64,000 bases of DNA from Candidatus Micrarchaeota archaeon (GCA_018812625.1 JAHJDH010000001.1:19967-83966); one strand, 5' to 3'; shown: positions 55,890 through 64,000, counted from the first letter of the stretch. Numbers and translations: made by a program. Notes: generated from the letters alone by a model not told the origin.

Positions 55890-57016
55890 TAGTCATCCCT
55901 CTTCGTTGCATAGTGCAATACAAGAACCGCGTTGATTCCCCATGTTGCAAACATGTCTCCAACAAGCCCTGCGAGAGCCACTCCTGAAATCTCAAAATAG
56001 GTTGGTATGTGTGTCCACACTGATAATATGAATAACGAAGTAAAAGCAATAATCCCAGTAACGCTCATGGTCAATCCTGTTTTCATTGCATCAAATGCAT
56101 TTTCTCTTGGATCTCCCTTTCTTTTTAGAATTCTTGTTGTAAGTAAAATATCTGTATCAAGTGAATAACCTATAAGCATAAGCAGTGCAGCAAATGAAGC
56201 TAGTGTGAGTGGAATTCCAAAGAGTCCCATTGCTCCAAGTGCAATTATAATATCTGCAAGTGCCCCTGTCAAAACAGCGATGCTAGGCGGTATTGATCTA
56301 AAGAACATGAACACCAAAATAACACTCAAAATTGCTGAAAAAATTATTGTATCAACAACCGTTCCAATGAATTTTTCAGATAGAACCGGACTTACTGTTT
56401 GGACTGACATTGAGTTATAGCTTACATGTTTTTCTATTGGTTTTGAGATTGACTTTTGATAATTTGAGTAGACTGTTGAGTATGCTGTTGAAAATTCGCG
56501 CTCAAGATCATTGGTGCTGTTTGTAGCAACCTTTCCCATACCTGCCATCATGAACAGTTCATTTGCAACCTCATCAATCTCAGTCTTTTTCTCTTTGAAT
56601 TCTGAAATGTATGCGCTGTCCTGGTAAGATAAAATTTCTAGTTGCGAAACTTCTGGAATTTTATCATTAAATTCTGCTTTGAGTTCTTCTGCCCGAACAA
56701 GATTATCGCTTTGTGGAACTTCGATCTCAGCAATATATCCAATAGAAGTTTCATATGAATTGACTGTTGCCTCAAGTCCTTCTTCTTGCAGTTGCGCCTG
56801 AAGCCCTTCAGAATCTATTGCATTCTCAAGAGTAAGTGTCACAAGTGTTCCGCCCTGGAAGTCGACCCCCATCTTTATCGATGGAATGAAAAAGAGCGAT
56901 ATTGCCATTAAAATCAGAGGCGCTATAGAAAGCAATCTATAGTCCCCCTTGTATATATTAGGAAGCATAGAATCATCAGTTTGAATCAAAAGTGCTACAA
57001 AATCAATATAAACCAA
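55889..57016 (-). CDS. secF: protein-export membrane protein SecF
   Basis: 'GVDFQGGTLV' and a C-terminal TM bundle with 'LIGYSLDTDILLTTRILKRKG'. Its stop overlaps the secD start by 1 nt. Confidence 0.85.
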   Translation of the reverse strand: MVYIDFVALLIQTDDSMLPNIYKGDYRLLSIAPLILMAISLFFIPSIKMGVDFQGGTLVTLTLENAIDSEGLQAQLQEEGLEATVNSYETSIGYIAEIEVPQSDNLVRAEELKAEFNDKIPEVSQLEILSYQDSAYISEFKEKKTEIDEVANELFMMAGMGKVATNSTNDLEREFSTAYSTVYSNYQKSISKPIEKHVSYNSMSVQTVSPVLSEKFIGTVVDTIIFSAILSVILVFMFFRSIPPSIAVLTGALADIIIALGAMGLFGIPLTLASFAALLMLIGYSLDTDILLTTRILKRKGDPRENAFDAMKTGLTMSVTGIIAFTSLFILSVWTHIPTYFEISGVALAGLVGDMFATWGINAVLVLHYATKRDD

Positions 57017-57034
57017 TTCCCTTCTTGGGAAATA

Positions 57035-57279
57035 TGGACTTGGGGGGATCTGCGGCTATTTTATCAAATTTATAGCTGTCGCACCCCCGGCCTCTCCGAT
57101 TTCCTAAATTTTTTGGACATTTCCAAAAAGTTTTTGCGAACGGAGCGCTCTACTATTGCTCGAACTTTTCATTACAAAGTTTTTGATGACCGATAAAACG
57201 ATGTTTCGTTTTATGGTCCATTGAACACAAGCGTTCAATCGGAAACTTTTTTCTAAAAAGTTCACTGAGCTACAAGCCC
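57035..57279 (-). tRNA. tRNA-Ala (anticodon CGC) interrupted by three inserts (D-loop about 108 nt, anticodon loop about 35 nt, T-loop about 29 nt)
   Basis: On the minus strand the acceptor is GGGCTTG/CAAGTCC with G3:U70 and discriminator A. The D stem is GCTC (57270-57267) / GAGC (57150-57147). The anticodon stem is CTCCG (57145-57141) / CGGAG (57098-57094), with loop start TTCGCA (CGC at 57138-57136). The variable region is AGGCC and the T stem is GGGGG (57088-57084) / CCCCC (57047-57043). Exact splice junctions are not resolved. Confidence 0.75.
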
Positions 57280-57361
57280 ACCATTATTGTTCCTTTGAGA
57301 AATATTGAAAAACCCTGCAGTTTAATTTTAATACAGTTGTAGGCACAAAAACACACAACGG

Positions 57362-57369
57362 TTTATAAA
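57362..57369 (+). promoter_or_regulatory. candidate TATA box for the 1650-aa gene
   Basis: 'tttataaa' lies about 45-50 nt upstream of the TTG start at 57412. A GGTGA (57403-57407) sits 4 nt before the start codon. Confidence 0.4.
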
Positions 57370-57411
57370 CACTACTTACACAAGTATATATGTATAGAAA
57401 CAGGTGATTCA

Positions 57412-60400
57412 TTGGGCGAGAGTAACTCATCAACTGGCAATTCTTCAACTAAGCCAAATGTATCTATGAGAAGTTTAAGGTCTCGGATTACCTCCCCTGA
57501 AGCAACCGCAAGATCTTTGATCAAAAAAACTTTCCCAGCAACCTATCATTTTGAAGCACCAAAGATTCCCATCATTAAATTTTCAACTGCATTTGAGCTT
57601 GAAAATGAGACAAACGTAATATCTCGTCCAGGAGATGATTTTCGACATACTCATCCACAACTGCCTGGCAGGGATTATAGCGAGCAGCAGCGTACATTTG
57701 CAATTGGTCTTGTTATTGAAGCAGAACAAATGGCCAGAGATCCTGATGCTCCAGTGCCAGATACAGTAACTCCTCAAAAAGAACGTCTTCTAATGAGTAT
57801 CCTCGCAAATCCAAATTTCAAAAAAGCTGCAATAAAATCTGATCGCTCAACAGAGCTTAGAATTGCTTTTGAAGAACTTGATCTTAATCTCCATTTTATT
57901 GAATTATCCAGGTCTTCGTCTGGAGCATCTGTTGAAGAATTGCGTGCTTTGGCAAAAGCGGATATAGAATTGGCAAATGATATACTCTTATATCACCAGG
58001 CTGATCCGAATTCAGAAGATAGCAAAGGAGGTGTAGCATCAGTACCACCACTTAATTTCATGTACGTCGGACTTCCGATTTTTGAAAATGCTCTCAAGAA
58101 GGACAATTCAAAAACTGCTCCATTTACTCTTGCGCTGCAACTACTTCCTGATTTGCGCTGGATCGAATCCAGAATTCCACAGATTCTTGATGAATCGGCT
58201 AGGGCTCAAGCTCTTACTGATTATTCAAATGCCAGAGGCGTGCTTGACATTTACGAATACAGGCTGCAAAATCCTGTTGCTGGTGATCTAACCAAAGAGG
58301 GTTTTGTTGAAAGACGCATGGCCCAATTAAAACATACTTCAAGATTGGACGATGCACTACAGGTTTCATCTGAACTTGAAGTTCTTAATAACCATATTTC
58401 TGAGCTGATGTCCAAGCCATTGGAACTCCTCGAAGACTTAGCAATACCCGTTGCAGTTGAGGATCTTGAGGCTGCAATTGAGACTCTAGCTGAATATCAC
58501 GGAGCAGTAAAAGCTGAAAGTATTTCCTCTTCACTTACCTCATCAAAAGTAAAACGCCTTGCCCAATTAGTAGAACTACACGGTTCCAAATATACCGAAC
58601 TTCAACTTGCACTTGATGTTATTGATGAGATGCGAGCAGAATTTAAGGCAATTTCTACTGAACGCCCGCCTCCAATTTCAAAATCAACTCCAGTTCGGGC
58701 ATCATCTCCACCAAAATCAAGACTTGATTTTTTATTTCCATTTCCACATGTTGCAGATTCTGATGCTGAATTTGAATCACTCCTTCCAGGATCCGATGTT
58801 CGAAACTCCCAGCTAATCAAAAGAGTAGCAAGAACCCTGAAAACATATTCACTTTCCAGTATCCCATACAAGGATGTTCCTGATGTTTACAAAAAATCTG
58901 TTGCGTCACTTCGTCATGATTATTCTCATGCTGGTACTGTGCGAATGGCAAAAACACTTGTAACCATATCTCATGGAATGGGAATGATTTCTGATGTCTA
59001 TCCAGAATTTCCTACTCCTTTAGAGCAAGCTGAATATGAAGCGCTTTTAGCTACTATGAAATCAACAGATCCATCTTTCATTACTAATCATTTTGAAGAT
59101 GAATTGCCTTCTTCAGAAGCTCTTGAAAATGCATTGATTTTGCTCAAGAATGGTCCTGCTCTTTTCAGAAATCATGTTATGGGTGGATGGGGCAATGGAA
59201 CTCTTCCAGAAGAAATTTGTGGCTATTATGATCCGGATACAAAGCTTATCATTGCTTTTGATGATCCTGATCTTTCAGAGGAGATAACTCAGGATGCAAT
59301 ATATTTTGAATTTTCTGTTGATCCAAACACAAGTCGTGTTCATTTAGTAACTGGATGGGATGCTCCTTCAATTGCATATCTTGATGGAATGCAAGTGGCT
59401 GAACTACTTGAAACTTCTGAGGAACCAACTTCTGATCTTTTTGAGGAACCAAGTCTCGATCCTTTAGCTGACCTTCATTTTGAGCCTCCTGTTGAAGCTG
59501 CGGATGCTGAAGCGCGCGAAGTTCGGCCAGTTCAACCTGTGCCAGAATTAAGTCTGGATGAAGAAATTACTGAACCTGAATCTGAGCTTCGGAAATGGAT
59601 GGACTCTCAGCGCACTGTTAAAGATAGCAAACCAGGAACCCCCCTTGAAGCAGTTTTGGGTGAAGCCGGTGCACCAGAGCCTCATCCAACTGAATTAGAT
59701 TGGCCAGAAGGCATAGAGGTTGAGATAGGAACTTCTGATTTTGATGAACCTGCTGTTCCTCCAAGTGAGCGAATTACTCATCCGGAGATCACTCCTTCAA
59801 ACAAAACAGTTATGGGATGGCTAGAGCTTCCATCAGAAGCTCCAACAACTCCACCTCCACCAAAAGTTTCTGATGATGTTTCAACAGAATTGGTTTTTGA
59901 TCTTCCAAACGTTGGTATTAATGATGAGCTTGAAGCAGCTCTGAATCAAAGTTTCCCCCGCAAGATTGGCGGAGTAGAAAATCCTAGAAACGTTAACATA
60001 AGAAGAGTTGCGAGAACATTGGTTCTTTATCTTGGCCTTAATTCAGAATATCCAAGATCTGCAGAACAAGTTCAAATGCTACTCACTGTCCGCTCTGGCT
60101 CTCCAGTCGATCCAACAATTCCACCTGTTTATGCCAAGGCAGTTGAATCACTTAAGGACAATCCAGATCTTTCAAATCTTATTCCTCTTGCAGTAGGTCT
60201 TGTTAATGCCAGTGAAGAAGCATCTGGCCAGAAATCGACTGCAATGCTTCCAGATTCACCTCCATCTGCGGTCCCAGCACGTCCTGCACTTGTTCCGCAG
60301 CCTGCACAACCACCACTTGTTACTGAGCCAATATCTTCCGTATTTGATCAGCCGCCTGTAGAAGACGATCAAACCATTTTCCAAAGGTTGCAACCTCATC

Positions 60401-62364
60401 AAAAAATTCTGATTGCAAAAGCACTCTATCAAACCGACTGCACTGCAGATGATCTTGAAAAGTTCAGAACAATGGATTCTGGCGTTCGTGAGCTTCACAT
60501 GCAGAATTACATTGCATCTGTTTGGCCGCAGGGCGATTTCAAAAGAAACCTTGCCAGCTTCAAAGAAGCTAAATGTTCTCTCTATCAAATGTTTTCCCTT
60601 TCTTTGCCATCTCCATCTGAAAAGGAGCGTGCAATAACAAATCCTGCAAACCTTTCTTCAGTTCAAAGAGATATGGTTGCAAGTCTTTTTGGAATTCATG
60701 CTTCTGAAGTTACTGGAAAACACATTACTGGTTTTGGAATTTGGGTCAGCGGAGAACATGCAGAGCTGCTGAGTTACTGGGAACAAACTTTGCTCGATGA
60801 TTTCAATATTATTTCACTTTCCCAATCCATGGTCACATCAAAAGCATCGCCCTACCATAGACTTTCATCAGAAAATCTCATGCTCCTTTCATTTATTCTA
60901 AATAAGGATCCAATGCAAATGACCCCGCAGGATTTTGTAAATATCGAAGCTGTTACTGCATTTAGGAAAAAACTAAGACATAATGCATATTTCTGGAGGG
61001 ATGCTAACGAATATTCCATATTGAATGCATTTGCATACAAGTGGTTTACTTCAACAAAAGAGCAAAGACAAAGGCAATGGATGAACAGTTCTGTAAACCT
61101 ATTTTCTGTTTCTGATTTTGCCCATCGTTTAAGATTTGTTAAACCAATGACTTATGCTGAAGCAGATACAAAAATACTCGAAGCAATTTATGAAAAACCT
61201 ATTGCAGAAATTCCTCAAGATAATATCACTGCTTTTGCCAGTGCAATTTTGAACAAAACATATGGTGACAGGGCAAAAGAGTATTATCCTCAGCTCCTGA
61301 GGCTCTTTAAAATCGCAGGCGATCCGAAAAATCTTCGCGAAACAGTTTCCAAGAATGAAAAATTCAATATTCTGCTTGAGTTTTTAGGCGGTCCAAAACT
61401 GGCAGTACAAGCAGAGTTTGTTAAAGTTGCTGGACTTACTGCTCCTAAATTCCAAACCCGTCAGGTTGATGATAATGGCAGAAAAAGCTTGCGTGTAACT
61501 GATAACTACTGCGAGACAAATGATGATTGCTTTACTGGTGTTCAAATAACTTTGCCAAACGGCCAGGTTATTCATATGAATGGAGTATTTGATGGTATGG
61601 GCGGCCATGATACGATGAAAGGTCTTGTTCCAGGTTATATGAGCAATGGTCAGGTTGCAAGCAATGTTGCAAGAGAAACAGTAGAACTTTGTGCAAGTGC
61701 AGGCTGGATTCAGACTCCTGAAGAAGCGCGCCGTGCAATTGTTATTGCTGATCTTGCTGTAGTCTTTGAACAAATCGCAAAGAAAAAAGATCCAGACAGT
61801 ACTTATCAGGAAAACGATATGGGTACGACTGCAACAATTACTCTAAGAATTGGAAATCAGTTTTATGGAATCCATGCTGGCGATAGTGAATACAAAGTTA
61901 TTCGAGATGGAGAAGTTGTCTTCCAATGTCCAATTCATAATATGGGTTATATGATGAAATCTCTTGGACAGGAGTCCAATGGAAAATTCCCAACTAATGT
62001 CATTGTTTCTGCTCTTGGTACATTATCCTCCTTTATTGATATTAATGGATTCAAGCTGCAAAATGGGGATAAAATATTCGTTTCTTCGGATGGAATTAGC
62101 GATCTTATGCTGGATGCAGAGATTGTGAGCATACTTGGTCAATATCCTAATTTGGATGATGCTGGTCATGCTATGCTGAGGCTTGCGGAATCAAGGAAAC
62201 AAAAAGGAAGATATACTTCATCAATACCTCCTGATCCATCAAATGGCTCTGCTTCAGAGGAGATCAAAGGGCATAATGATGACAAGACTGTGGTTTTAGA
62301 TGAGTATTCTTTTGATGGTAGAGATGTGGCTTCATTTTTGGAATCCACCTGGGAGGTTTCATAA
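57412..62364 (+). CDS. giant (1650 aa) cytoplasmic protein with about 1350 aa of unknown N-terminal region and a C-terminal PP2C-family Ser/Thr phosphatase domain
   Basis: PP2C motifs lie in the last 280 aa or so: 'GVFDGMGGHD', 'DMGTTATITL', 'IHAGDSEYKV', 'IFVSSDGISDLM' and 'NDDKTVVL'. It has no TM segment. There is a Pro/Glu-rich central linker and an internal duplicated module ('...RVARTLKTY...' / '...RVARTLVLY...'). Confidence 0.8.
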   Translation: MGESNSSTGNSSTKPNVSMRSLRSRITSPEATARSLIKKTFPATYHFEAPKIPIIKFSTAFELENETNVISRPGDDFRHTHPQLPGRDYSEQQRTFAIGLVIEAEQMARDPDAPVPDTVTPQKERLLMSILANPNFKKAAIKSDRSTELRIAFEELDLNLHFIELSRSSSGASVEELRALAKADIELANDILLYHQADPNSEDSKGGVASVPPLNFMYVGLPIFENALKKDNSKTAPFTLALQLLPDLRWIESRIPQILDESARAQALTDYSNARGVLDIYEYRLQNPVAGDLTKEGFVERRMAQLKHTSRLDDALQVSSELEVLNNHISELMSKPLELLEDLAIPVAVEDLEAAIETLAEYHGAVKAESISSSLTSSKVKRLAQLVELHGSKYTELQLALDVIDEMRAEFKAISTERPPPISKSTPVRASSPPKSRLDFLFPFPHVADSDAEFESLLPGSDVRNSQLIKRVARTLKTYSLSSIPYKDVPDVYKKSVASLRHDYSHAGTVRMAKTLVTISHGMGMISDVYPEFPTPLEQAEYEALLATMKSTDPSFITNHFEDELPSSEALENALILLKNGPALFRNHVMGGWGNGTLPEEICGYYDPDTKLIIAFDDPDLSEEITQDAIYFEFSVDPNTSRVHLVTGWDAPSIAYLDGMQVAELLETSEEPTSDLFEEPSLDPLADLHFEPPVEAADAEAREVRPVQPVPELSLDEEITEPESELRKWMDSQRTVKDSKPGTPLEAVLGEAGAPEPHPTELDWPEGIEVEIGTSDFDEPAVPPSERITHPEITPSNKTVMGWLELPSEAPTTPPPPKVSDDVSTELVFDLPNVGINDELEAALNQSFPRKIGGVENPRNVNIRRVARTLVLYLGLNSEYPRSAEQVQMLLTVRSGSPVDPTIPPVYAKAVESLKDNPDLSNLIPLAVGLVNASEEASGQKSTAMLPDSPPSAVPARPALVPQPAQPPLVTEPISSVFDQPPVEDDQTIFQRLQPHQKILIAKALYQTDCTADDLEKFRTMDSGVRELHMQNYIASVWPQGDFKRNLASFKEAKCSLYQMFSLSLPSPSEKERAITNPANLSSVQRDMVASLFGIHASEVTGKHITGFGIWVSGEHAELLSYWEQTLLDDFNIISLSQSMVTSKASPYHRLSSENLMLLSFILNKDPMQMTPQDFVNIEAVTAFRKKLRHNAYFWRDANEYSILNAFAYKWFTSTKEQRQRQWMNSSVNLFSVSDFAHRLRFVKPMTYAEADTKILEAIYEKPIAEIPQDNITAFASAILNKTYGDRAKEYYPQLLRLFKIAGDPKNLRETVSKNEKFNILLEFLGGPKLAVQAEFVKVAGLTAPKFQTRQVDDNGRKSLRVTDNYCETNDDCFTGVQITLPNGQVIHMNGVFDGMGGHDTMKGLVPGYMSNGQVASNVARETVELCASAGWIQTPEEARRAIVIADLAVVFEQIAKKKDPDSTYQENDMGTTATITLRIGNQFYGIHAGDSEYKVIRDGEVVFQCPIHNMGYMMKSLGQESNGKFPTNVIVSALGTLSSFIDINGFKLQNGDKIFVSSDGISDLMLDAEIVSILGQYPNLDDAGHAMLRLAESRKQKGRYTSSIPPDPSNGSASEEIKGHNDDKTVVLDEYSFDGRDVASFLESTWEVS

Positions 62365-62452
62365 TGAACCACGTTTGTTTATCTATCGAAACATTTAAAT
62401 ATACTATCCCACACATGTATATATTAAAACACTTTATATTATTTACATCGAG

Positions 62453-63178
62453 GTGATGAGTTTGGCGGAACAAAAAAGTAAAACTGAAACTATTACACAA
62501 AGTCGTGCACTTGCAGCACATTCTGAAAACGTTACCAACTTAATGGGCGGGCGTTTGGGTCAAACCTTAATGGAAGGTTTGAGAATCGTCGAAAACGGCG
62601 CTAAAGCTGGTCGAGAATCCATGGAGCAAAGGCTTGGGGAAAGACTTGATTCTGTTTCTAATGAAGCATCTGCAGCAGCAGGAAAAGCTTCAGCTGCTGA
62701 AAAGTCTGCATCAACTGCAGCAACAAGCGCAACCGAGGCAAAAGCCGCAGCAGCAGCAGCTCAAAAATCAGCAGAAGAAACTTCTGACAAGGCATCTGCA
62801 ATGGCTGATGATGTTGCAAAAGTTACATCTGAATCAACTGCAGCAAAAGAGTTGGCAGAATCTGCAAAAAGTTCTGTTACTGATCTTTTGAAAGCACTTA
62901 CAATCAAAGTAGTTCGAAAAGTCGGTGAAGAAGCACAGCAAATAACCGGCGGTGATGCAATTTCTCATTTGGTTAAGTCTGTCAGTAATTTCGGACATAC
63001 ACTTGCAAGATTCCAGGAAAGAATTGCAGAAGTTGAAACTGATGTTAAGGACCTAAAAGCCGATGTACCAGAAGTCGAAGCACTATTTGGGGATATTATA
63101 TATACACTAAAACAAAGCGGCTTTGATTTACAAGAAGCTCCAAAACCAAAAGAAGGAGATAAAGGAGGAGATTCATAA
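62453..63178 (+). CDS. Ala/Ser/Glu/Lys-rich helical repeat (coiled-coil or apolipoprotein/LEA-like) protein
   Basis: 241-aa ORF with 'SAAAGKASAAEKSASTAATSATEAKAAAAAAQKSAEETSDKASAMADDVAKVTSESTAAKELAESAKSS'. The start is ambiguous (GTG 62453 or ATG 62456, after GAGGTGA). Confidence 0.55.
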   Translation: MMSLAEQKSKTETITQSRALAAHSENVTNLMGGRLGQTLMEGLRIVENGAKAGRESMEQRLGERLDSVSNEASAAAGKASAAEKSASTAATSATEAKAAAAAAQKSAEETSDKASAMADDVAKVTSESTAAKELAESAKSSVTDLLKALTIKVVRKVGEEAQQITGGDAISHLVKSVSNFGHTLARFQERIAEVETDVKDLKADVPEVEALFGDIIYTLKQSGFDLQEAPKPKEGDKGGDS

Positions 63179-64000
63179 TGGCTTTAAGAAACCTAAGAAA
63201 ACAATTCCAAGGCGGAGCTGAGAAAAAGGAAGCACCTCCAAAATTACCTGATCCAAAACCAGAGGAACCTCGAGCTGGTTGTGGACCAACTCCAGGAAAT
63301 AATCCAGGAGATCATGATCTAACAAGGGAAGCTGATGTTGAAGAACAAAAGGCACTAGCAAAAAAATCAAGGCCTCCAGCAGCAGAAGCTATGGCTGCTG
63401 AAACAAGAGAAGTAGATCTTGAAGATCTTGATAGCGGAACTGGTCTTGGAGAAGATCCAGGTCTTGCTGATGCTCTTGAAGGTTCTGATGCTGATAGTGT
63501 TTCAGAAGATGCTGATCAGGTTCTTGCTGAATTGCAGGAAGCACTTGATGCAGTCGACGATGATCTTGTTGATCCATTAACTACAGAAGCAGATCTTTCT
63601 CAAACTCCTGAAGAAGAAGAATCTACCCCTCCTATTCCAGCTGCTCCTAAAAAGCCTCTAAGAACTGGAGCAACTCCAAAAGTAGAGGAACCAGAAGAAG
63701 ATGAGAAAAAGCTGGATATGGATGCTGTACAATCAGTAGTCCAGGCAGCACTAACAAAACTTTTAGCTCCTATTGAAGCAAAACTAGAAGAACTTGGAAA
63801 AAAGGTTGTTGGTCTTGAAATTGCCTTCCTAGGTGAAGATGAAGAGGAAGATGAAGAGCCAGACCAAGAAGTTGAAGATCTTAAAGAAAGGGTAGCCAAA
63901 GTTGAAGGCTTAAAAACATCAGTTGATGGCCTTGAAAGTGATATTAAAGGACTTCGCGATCTTATTGATGGTGAAAACGGCATTTCAGTATCTATTGGTC
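63178..64000 (+). CDS. acidic Pro/Glu/Asp-rich protein with a C-terminal coiled coil, 3'-truncated by window edge (not in the ORF track)
   Basis: The ATG at 63178 shares its A with the upstream TAA. The frame stays open to the window end (at least 274 codons): MALRNLRKQFQGGAEKKEAPPKLPDPKPEEP...EDLKERVAKVEGLKTSVDGLESDIKGLRDLIDGENGISVSIG. Confidence 0.6.
   Translation, partial: MALRNLRKQFQGGAEKKEAPPKLPDPKPEEPRAGCGPTPGNNPGDHDLTREADVEEQKALAKKSRPPAAEAMAAETREVDLEDLDSGTGLGEDPGLADALEGSDADSVSEDADQVLAELQEALDAVDDDLVDPLTTEADLSQTPEEEESTPPIPAAPKKPLRTGATPKVEEPEEDEKKLDMDAVQSVVQAALTKLLAPIEAKLEELGKKVVGLEIAFLGEDEEEDEEPDQEVEDLKERVAKVEGLKTSVDGLESDIKGLRDLIDGENGISVSIG

Noticed and set aside
56981-57196. 71-aa plus-strand ORF between secF and the giant gene
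   Set aside because: It lies antisense across the tRNA-Ala gene and its inserts. The region is better explained as the interrupted tRNA.
1-64000. Search for CRISPR arrays, cas genes, transposases, integrases, reverse transcriptases, rRNA genes and long terminal or inverted repeats
   Set aside because: No regularly spaced direct repeats and no ORF with the corresponding motifs were seen. The only repeat-like DNA is the coding (PE)n tracts, the paralogous C-terminal cassettes, the intragenic 28-nt repeat and the hairpin array near tRNA-Gly.

Overview
This is an AT-rich, very gene-dense archaeal chromosomal segment. Archaeal markers include thermosome, Pus10, GGGP synthase, Rpo6/Rpo7/Spt4, SRP54, family-B DNA polymerase, ATP-dependent DNA ligase, NreA, NurA, RNase P RNA and class-III-signal pilin-like genes. 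Three things fit a small-genome (DPANN-like) archaeon: many 1-4 nt start/stop overlaps, frequent GGTGA-N4-6-ATG Shine-Dalgarno contexts, and an intron-laden tRNA. Lineage cannot be proven from this window. No CRISPR array, transposase, integrase or rRNA is visible. Housekeeping genes (purD, pyrE, folC, dcd, pepA, aminotransferases, secDF) are interleaved with lineage-specific material. (1) Two paralogous giant beta-helix surface proteins (1090 and 1744 aa) flank inositol-phosphate synthase and share a C-terminal anchor cassette with near-identical DNA stretches. (2) There is a four-gene pilin-like operon. (3) An apparent minus-strand operon reads tRNA-Ala / secF / secD / Hanks kinase with PEGA ectodomain / long FlaI-VirB11-type ATPase. 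(4) Facing that operon is a 1650-aa protein whose only recognisable domain is a C-terminal PP2C phosphatase, followed by two coupled coiled-coil genes. (5) tRNA-Ala(CGC) appears interrupted in the D-, anticodon- and T-loops. (6) An array of perfect hairpins carrying copies of the tRNA 3' end lies downstream of tRNA-Gly. (7) One protein carries three tandem excisionase-type HTH domains, and Spt4 has no cysteines. My best candidate for an undescribed system is the 47-64 kb surface-filament/secretion plus kinase-phosphatase neighbourhood. All functional calls rest on motif recognition by eye; no searches were run.
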